A stretch of 64,000 nt of DNA from a virus (Duplodnaviria; Caudoviricetes). Shown here in pieces: positions 59,235 through 64,000 of the stretch (the stretch's first letter is position 1; the number at the start of each line of letters is the position of its first letter). The notes under the pieces are model-generated. The model had not been told where the DNA came from. It did not search any database and saw nothing but the letters and a program-made list of their open reading frames with translations. The stretch covers positions 1 to 64,000 of the IMG/VR virus record IMGVR_UViG_2565956658_000004; one strand, 5' to 3'. Made by a program: the position numbers and the translations under genes.

Positions 59235-59879
59235 TTAGTGTGTGTTTGGTCGGAATTTATGCATGTCAGCTTTTGGTGCGGCTGTGAACTCATCCACTGG
59301 CATTTCAAAGAAAAAGTCTCTTGCTTGTTCATGGCTACAGTTAAGCCAATCATTGCGACGATCTCGTGGTATTACGATGATTGATCGTTTCTCGTCATCT
59401 AATGCATGAAATTGATTCATGAATGGGTGTAGATCTGAATTGATCGTCAACATCGACATTGATCTATATTCAACGCCATCAATAACCGCATATTCATAAA
59501 TGCCTGCGACGGTAAACGGCATTTCATCTCTACGATAAATTCCATACCAGTGAGACTTTCCATCTATGTATTTTGGTTCAAAAATAGTCTCAACTGGAAT
59601 TAAGCAAAATTGGCTTTTCTTCCATGCATTTCTAAAACTTGGCTTTTTTTCTACAGTCTCAGTTCTAGCATTGTATGTATTCTTAGCTTTCTTAATATCA
59701 TCTAACCACGGTGCAACTAGACCAAATCTGGCCAAGCGCCATTCTATGTTGCCGCGCTTGGAGAAAAGGATAGGGGCCTCATAGTTAGGGTAGATGTCAG
59801 CTTTATAGTCAAAAGTAGGCTCAAATAGATTTAATAATTGAGCGCGGCTTCTGGCAATTGGTTTGTAGTTGGCACACAT
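59235..59879 (-). CDS. SOS response-associated peptidase (SRAP/YedK family)
   Basis: MCANY start, NARTET, FEP, HPFM. Confidence 0.9.
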   Translation of the reverse strand: MCANYKPIARSRAQLLNLFEPTFDYKADIYPNYEAPILFSKRGNIEWRLARFGLVAPWLDDIKKAKNTYNARTETVEKKPSFRNAWKKSQFCLIPVETIFEPKYIDGKSHWYGIYRRDEMPFTVAGIYEYAVIDGVEYRSMSMLTINSDLHPFMNQFHALDDEKRSIIVIPRDRRNDWLNCSHEQARDFFFEMPVDEFTAAPKADMHKFRPNTH

Positions 59880-60045
59880 GAATCTGGCCTCAATAGTGAT
59901 AACAATAACTATGAACATTTTATATGTATTGTTGGTTGCTAGTTTGGTTATAAATGAGATATTTGATGATGTAAAAAGAATGCTCTTTATGGTTTGTAGG
60001 GGGAGGTGAGTCCTTTATCAAGAGATTAAATTTTTAAAATTCAGA

Positions 60046-61242
60046 TTAATAACTATAAAAGAATAAAACTAATGTATAGATAAATAGAGCTATAGATATA
60101 ATAATAGAGGATGTCATCTTTCCTACAGTCCAGTTATTCTTTCTATCCAGTTCTTTTGAAATTTTTCCTATTTCCTTAGCCTCATCAGCAAACTTAACTT
60201 TTAAATTTTTAAAAACATCAGTGTATTCATTTTTAAGCTCTTTTAAAGTTGAATATTGGCCAAGAATATTTAAAATTAATACCACAACCATGCATAGTAC
60301 CGTCATAAGAACAACAAAATTTCTTGTAAAGTCAAAATTCTGCTCAGCGTTATTTTTAATTTGAGCTGTTGCAAACCAAATTCCTGCAGGGATAGCCAAC
60401 ATTTTTGTAGCTACAGAATCAAAAGTATCGTTTATTTTTTTTGTGTATTCAGTTCTTTTCTCATTATATTCTTTCCTTACCTTGTCAAAGCTATAGTCAT
60501 CAACAAAGCTTTGATAGCTATGAAGAATATTAGTAATAAGTGGATTGAGATGTCTAATCATATGGCTGAAACGGTCTTTCTCATCAATATCTTTGATAAA
60601 CCCCGTTACTTCTTTACACATTAAATGAATGATTGCTTCTCTATGCATATCTTTATTCATTAATGTCTCAAGAGTTTGTATGTCCAAACACTCTTTGAGA
60701 TCATTTTCTGTAAGTGTGAATTTAAACTTATAAGAGCGATTGAAAAAAATTGTGCCTTGATCACTCTTAGTATTCTCTGATAAAAAATTTATAAATTCAT
60801 ATATTTTATAAAGGTTTAAATAATTAAGATAATTTTCATCCGTAGAGTCTTTATTAAAAAGCATCTGTGAAGATGTAAAAAATAAGTCCTTAATTGGATT
60901 AATAATATAATGGGGATAAGACAATAATTCATCCCAGTTGTAACAGATGATGAAATCATCACCATTGTTGATGTTATTTTTTTCAAGTTTGATTTCATAA
61001 GTGTATTCTGGAAAAAAGTGGCGGTCCTTAATTCCGTCTAAACTTGCAGTAGGGCTAATAAGAACATTATTTTTTTTTATACGTAGGGAACTATCTGCTA
61101 AACCAGCGCTACTTAATTCATTTAATTTTTCTAAAATTTCAGAGTTTAATGCAATCCAACCAATAAATTTATCATGAGTATCCTCCCTATCTTTTAAAGA
61201 TAGTAAGATATTCTGATACGTAGTTACTGTGTTGATTGTCAT
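60046..61242 (-). CDS. Membrane protein with three C-terminal TM helices
   Basis: YSFDKVR...KMLAIP followed by TM segments; ATGA-coupled to the YejK-like gene. Confidence 0.75.
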   Translation of the reverse strand: MTINTVTTYQNILLSLKDREDTHDKFIGWIALNSEILEKLNELSSAGLADSSLRIKKNNVLISPTASLDGIKDRHFFPEYTYEIKLEKNNINNGDDFIICYNWDELLSYPHYIINPIKDLFFTSSQMLFNKDSTDENYLNYLNLYKIYEFINFLSENTKSDQGTIFFNRSYKFKFTLTENDLKECLDIQTLETLMNKDMHREAIIHLMCKEVTGFIKDIDEKDRFSHMIRHLNPLITNILHSYQSFVDDYSFDKVRKEYNEKRTEYTKKINDTFDSVATKMLAIPAGIWFATAQIKNNAEQNFDFTRNFVVLMTVLCMVVVLILNILGQYSTLKELKNEYTDVFKNLKVKFADEAKEIGKISKELDRKNNWTVGKMTSSIIISIALFIYTLVLFFYSY

Positions 61243-62321
61243 TCGTCATCATCTAAATTGGGTTTGGTGCCATTCTTAGCATGGTCGATTTCCTCTAAGA
61301 ATTTAGGGTTAAGTAGAGTTTCATCTATTTCAATTTTACCATTTTTGCGATCAATTTGCTTACCTATAAGGTGACGAGCGACACTTAATGACACATCCTT
61401 ATTGCTGCTGCTTATTTTTTTGAAGTCTCGTAAAACCCCCTTACTAATTTTTATATGATTAGACAAATTATGTTTATCACTAGCGTGTTTGAAAAAATCT
61501 TCACTTCTTTCAGGAAAAAGACGTTTAGCCACATGTTCAAGAAGCACATCTTCATTATTTTTTAATTTCTCGGTAATAAAAACATGCGCTTCAGACAATT
61601 TCATGTCTGTCTGCGTATGATCTAGTTTCAATTCATCTTTAATGAAACTTTCAATTGCGGATTTTAAGCCTCTTGTTTCCTCTCTAGGGGCATTTTTATC
61701 GACAGCACATCCAATGAATTTTTCAAAATAATCACGGACTTCATTTGCATTACCCTTTTTAAATCGAATATATCTTTGGGATAACCCTTCAATCCAATCA
61801 TTAATATTTATTGTTGCACCCAAATGCAATTTTTCAATATCTAATATTTCTCTAGCAATGAAATTTAAATCTTGATCTACGTCAGTACCTTTGGTTTTGT
61901 TGATAACTGCAATAGCAAGTTTAACTTGATCAGCAACTTGATATTCAAAGAAAACTAAATAACCGCCATTGATGCGCTTATCATTCTTTAATATTTCTTC
62001 AAAATGTGTAGCAAGTTCAATTGTTAGTTGCACGAAATCCTCACATGACGTGCTTCCAACATAGAAATTTTTTAATTTTTGTTCAAATGCTGGCTCGACC
62101 TCAGGATCATCATTTACAGCAAATTCACCTACATAAAGACTAGCTTTGGTAAACAGTTGTATCAAATCAACTTTTAAATCAGCATCTAATTTAGAAATAT
62201 CATTCTCTTTGTCCTTGATCTTTGAAATGATATTATCATCTGAATTTTCACCATTGGAATCATCAGTTTTATAACTTTTTGCGCGTCTAATTTCATGCGT
62301 TATAATATGTTGTATTGACAT
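61239..62321 (-). CDS. Nucleoid-associated protein YejK/NdpA-like
   Basis: I-x-H-I-I-x-H-x-I start, GGYLVF, LDIEKLHLGATIN, YFEKFIGC. Confidence 0.8.
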   Translation of the reverse strand: MSIQHIITHEIRRAKSYKTDDSNGENSDDNIISKIKDKENDISKLDADLKVDLIQLFTKASLYVGEFAVNDDPEVEPAFEQKLKNFYVGSTSCEDFVQLTIELATHFEEILKNDKRINGGYLVFFEYQVADQVKLAIAVINKTKGTDVDQDLNFIAREILDIEKLHLGATININDWIEGLSQRYIRFKKGNANEVRDYFEKFIGCAVDKNAPREETRGLKSAIESFIKDELKLDHTQTDMKLSEAHVFITEKLKNNEDVLLEHVAKRLFPERSEDFFKHASDKHNLSNHIKISKGVLRDFKKISSSNKDVSLSVARHLIGKQIDRKNGKIEIDETLLNPKFLEEIDHAKNGTKPNLDDDE

Positions 62322-62726
62322 TTTTACCCCGAAGTATTTAAAACCGTTTTCAAAATATCTGTATATTATCCAATGTATAATTTTGAATCTATAATAATTA
62401 TAACTTTTACTCTTGAATATTAATATTAATAGATACTTCACCACATTTAACTTGTACAAAGCATAAAAGAAGTTGCATTTCGACTTATGAAAATTCAGCA
62501 GTCGATTTAGACAGCCTTACAATAGATTCTTCCTTAACACACAAAGCATTGGAAATAGAAGTGAATGAAGTGCCACCAAAACTTTTAGCGCTATATTTTT
62601 AACATCGTTCGGCTTATACTGCCCCGAACTTTTCGTACATTTTTTCCACAGTAATCAGAAATATACAAAATTCCTAGATTTTTGCTCATATCAATAATCG
62701 ATTGAAAAAATTAAAAGATATATTAA

Positions 62727-63146
62727 TTAAGTTCTGAACATACCTAAAAAAACATAAGCAGCGTAAAAAAGAGCTCCAAATATGAATGTATAAAACTGTA
62801 AAGTATTTTTGAAACTCATCATATTTACACATTCATTTAGTTGGTGATAGAGACATAGCTTTTCCTGAGGGTTAACAGATTGTATAAATAAAGCATTGAT
62901 ATTTGCGAGCTTTGCATATGTTCCCAAATACGATGCACCAAAGCAAAAACTTGAACTAATTAATAAAAGAGAAATTAGTGGTAAGTACATAATAGTTGAC
63001 CACTTTTCATCTTTAATCTGAGTCAAAATATAGCCGATTGATGCCGTTGAGACAGTAAGAAGCATGAATGCTGTTTTTTCCAAAATTGCTTTATTAATCT
63101 TATGTAATTCAAGAACAGACTCTTTGTTTGACATCTTTAATCTCAT
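62727..63146 (-). CDS. Small three-TM membrane protein
   Basis: Three hydrophobic helices; downstream of integrase. Confidence 0.7.
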   Translation of the reverse strand: MRLKMSNKESVLELHKINKAILEKTAFMLLTVSTASIGYILTQIKDEKWSTIMYLPLISLLLISSSFCFGASYLGTYAKLANINALFIQSVNPQEKLCLYHQLNECVNMMSFKNTLQFYTFIFGALFYAAYVFLGMFRT

Positions 63147-63280
63147 ATAAGGTTATAATAATTCGATAATAATTACAGAAGAGTGTTCAATTCTTCACTT
63201 ACTTAGCTGTAAAATTCCAATCTGAATTGGTTACTAAAGTCTACTAGCTATCACCAACATTGGCCTAATCTTGAATCACT

Positions 63281-64000
63281 TTACAAGACATTTTGTCTTT
63301 GATCTCCTAAAACAATTTCTTCTATCTCATTCATCGCTGCTCGAAGCTTCTTATCACTAATTTGAACATAGCCTGCTGTGACATCATTTTGATCTTCGTT
63401 CTTGTGATTCAGTAGTTTTTTAATTGTATATTTCCCATAGTCCAGACTTTCAGCAATTGAACCATAGGTACGGCGTAGATCATGGAAAGTAAACTGGATA
63501 CCACAACTTTCATTGATCTTGGCTCTAACTTTTGAAATATTTGTTATGTGACCAGATTCAGATTTTGCAGAAGGGAAAACCCAATCTACAGTGATTTGCT
63601 TTCGACGCTTCTTCATCAACTCCCAAAGAAAATCACCCATAGGAAGAGTATGAGGTTCATTATTCTTTGGATCTATTGAGGTGATATAACCATATTTTAA
63701 ATCTACAGCAGACCATGCCAGCGATTCACACTCTTCTCGTCTAAAACCAGTAAGGATCAAAGTGATAAGAAAGTCTTTATTGGTCTCAAGCTGCTGGCCA
63801 CGATCATCAAAGTTTAATACAGCATTAATCCAATCAGGTAGCTTATCTTCATTGATATATGAGCTACGTCTACGAATTTTATTCCAAGACTTTTTAGCTG
63901 TTAAAGTTTTAACTGGGTTGAGTGGGGGAATGATAGATTGTTCATCATCATCCAAATAGTGTTCGATCGAAAAGTTATAAATTGCTCGAAAGACCCGCAT
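63281..64000 (-). CDS. int: Tyrosine integrase, C-terminal part (5' end outside window)
   Basis: TGFRREE, HDLRRT, LLNH and VTAGY catalytic residues. Confidence 0.93.
   Translation of the reverse strand: MRVFRAIYNFSIEHYLDDDEQSIIPPLNPVKTLTAKKSWNKIRRRSSYINEDKLPDWINAVLNFDDRGQQLETNKDFLITLILTGFRREECESLAWSAVDLKYGYITSIDPKNNEPHTLPMGDFLWELMKKRRKQITVDWVFPSAKSESGHITNISKVRAKINESCGIQFTFHDLRRTYGSIAESLDYGKYTIKKLLNHKNEDQNDVTAGYVQISDKKLRAAMNEIEEIVLGDQRQNVL

Larger units (their letters stand above)
1..64000. mobile_element. Temperate (pro)phage, podovirus-like, probable Acinetobacter host; ends not seen in window
   Basis: Continuous lambdoid gene order from recombination and immunity through replication, packaging, virion, lysis, cargo and integrase; no host housekeeping genes. 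Confidence 0.95.

Noticed and set aside
62460-62726. Possible tRNA or tmRNA fragment at att site
   Set aside because: No cloverleaf or T-loop motif recognisable.
82-63959. Numerous 60-135 aa ORFs overlapping or antisense to longer genes
   Set aside because: Shadow ORFs without RBS or recognisable motifs.

Overview
The whole window reads as one temperate phage genome from an AT-rich gammaproteobacterium, most likely Acinetobacter (inferred from composition, gene content and the CRISPR repeat). It looks podovirus-like: portal, adaptor, nozzle and ejection proteins are present, and no tape measure or tail tube gene is recognisable. Gene order: early-left genes (Sak4-like ATPase), CI/Cro switch with operators, C5 DNA methyltransferase, replication initiator with iterons, two resolvases, terminase, portal, scaffold, capsid, tail and ejection genes, a giant polyvalent ejection protein (InPase-like, zincin and PLxRFG motifs), holin and endolysin, cargo, and a truncated tyrosine integrase. 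Two virion genes carry lesions (an in-frame TAA at 35378 and a frameshift near 48955). AT-rich morons include DUF4238, a hydrolase-matrixin-lipoprotein trio, Panacea plus PemK-like toxin, TPR plus HEPN, a PLC-fold secreted protein, SRAP and a YejK-like plus membrane pair. The most notable signals absent from the ORF track are: (1) a cas-less type I-F mini-CRISPR array (28-32-28 nt) with a leader-like region at 44416-44503; (2) a 71-bp, 70/71 identical inverted repeat that places the N-terminal peptide of the giant ejection protein inside a divergent inner-membrane protein, a candidate decoy-type superinfection exclusion system or invertible switch; (3) seven copies of a late-promoter motif; and (4) a CI lacking its catalytic Lys, together with an immI-like Arc/antirepressor/antisense module. 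All family assignments come from motif recognition by eye; no searches were run.
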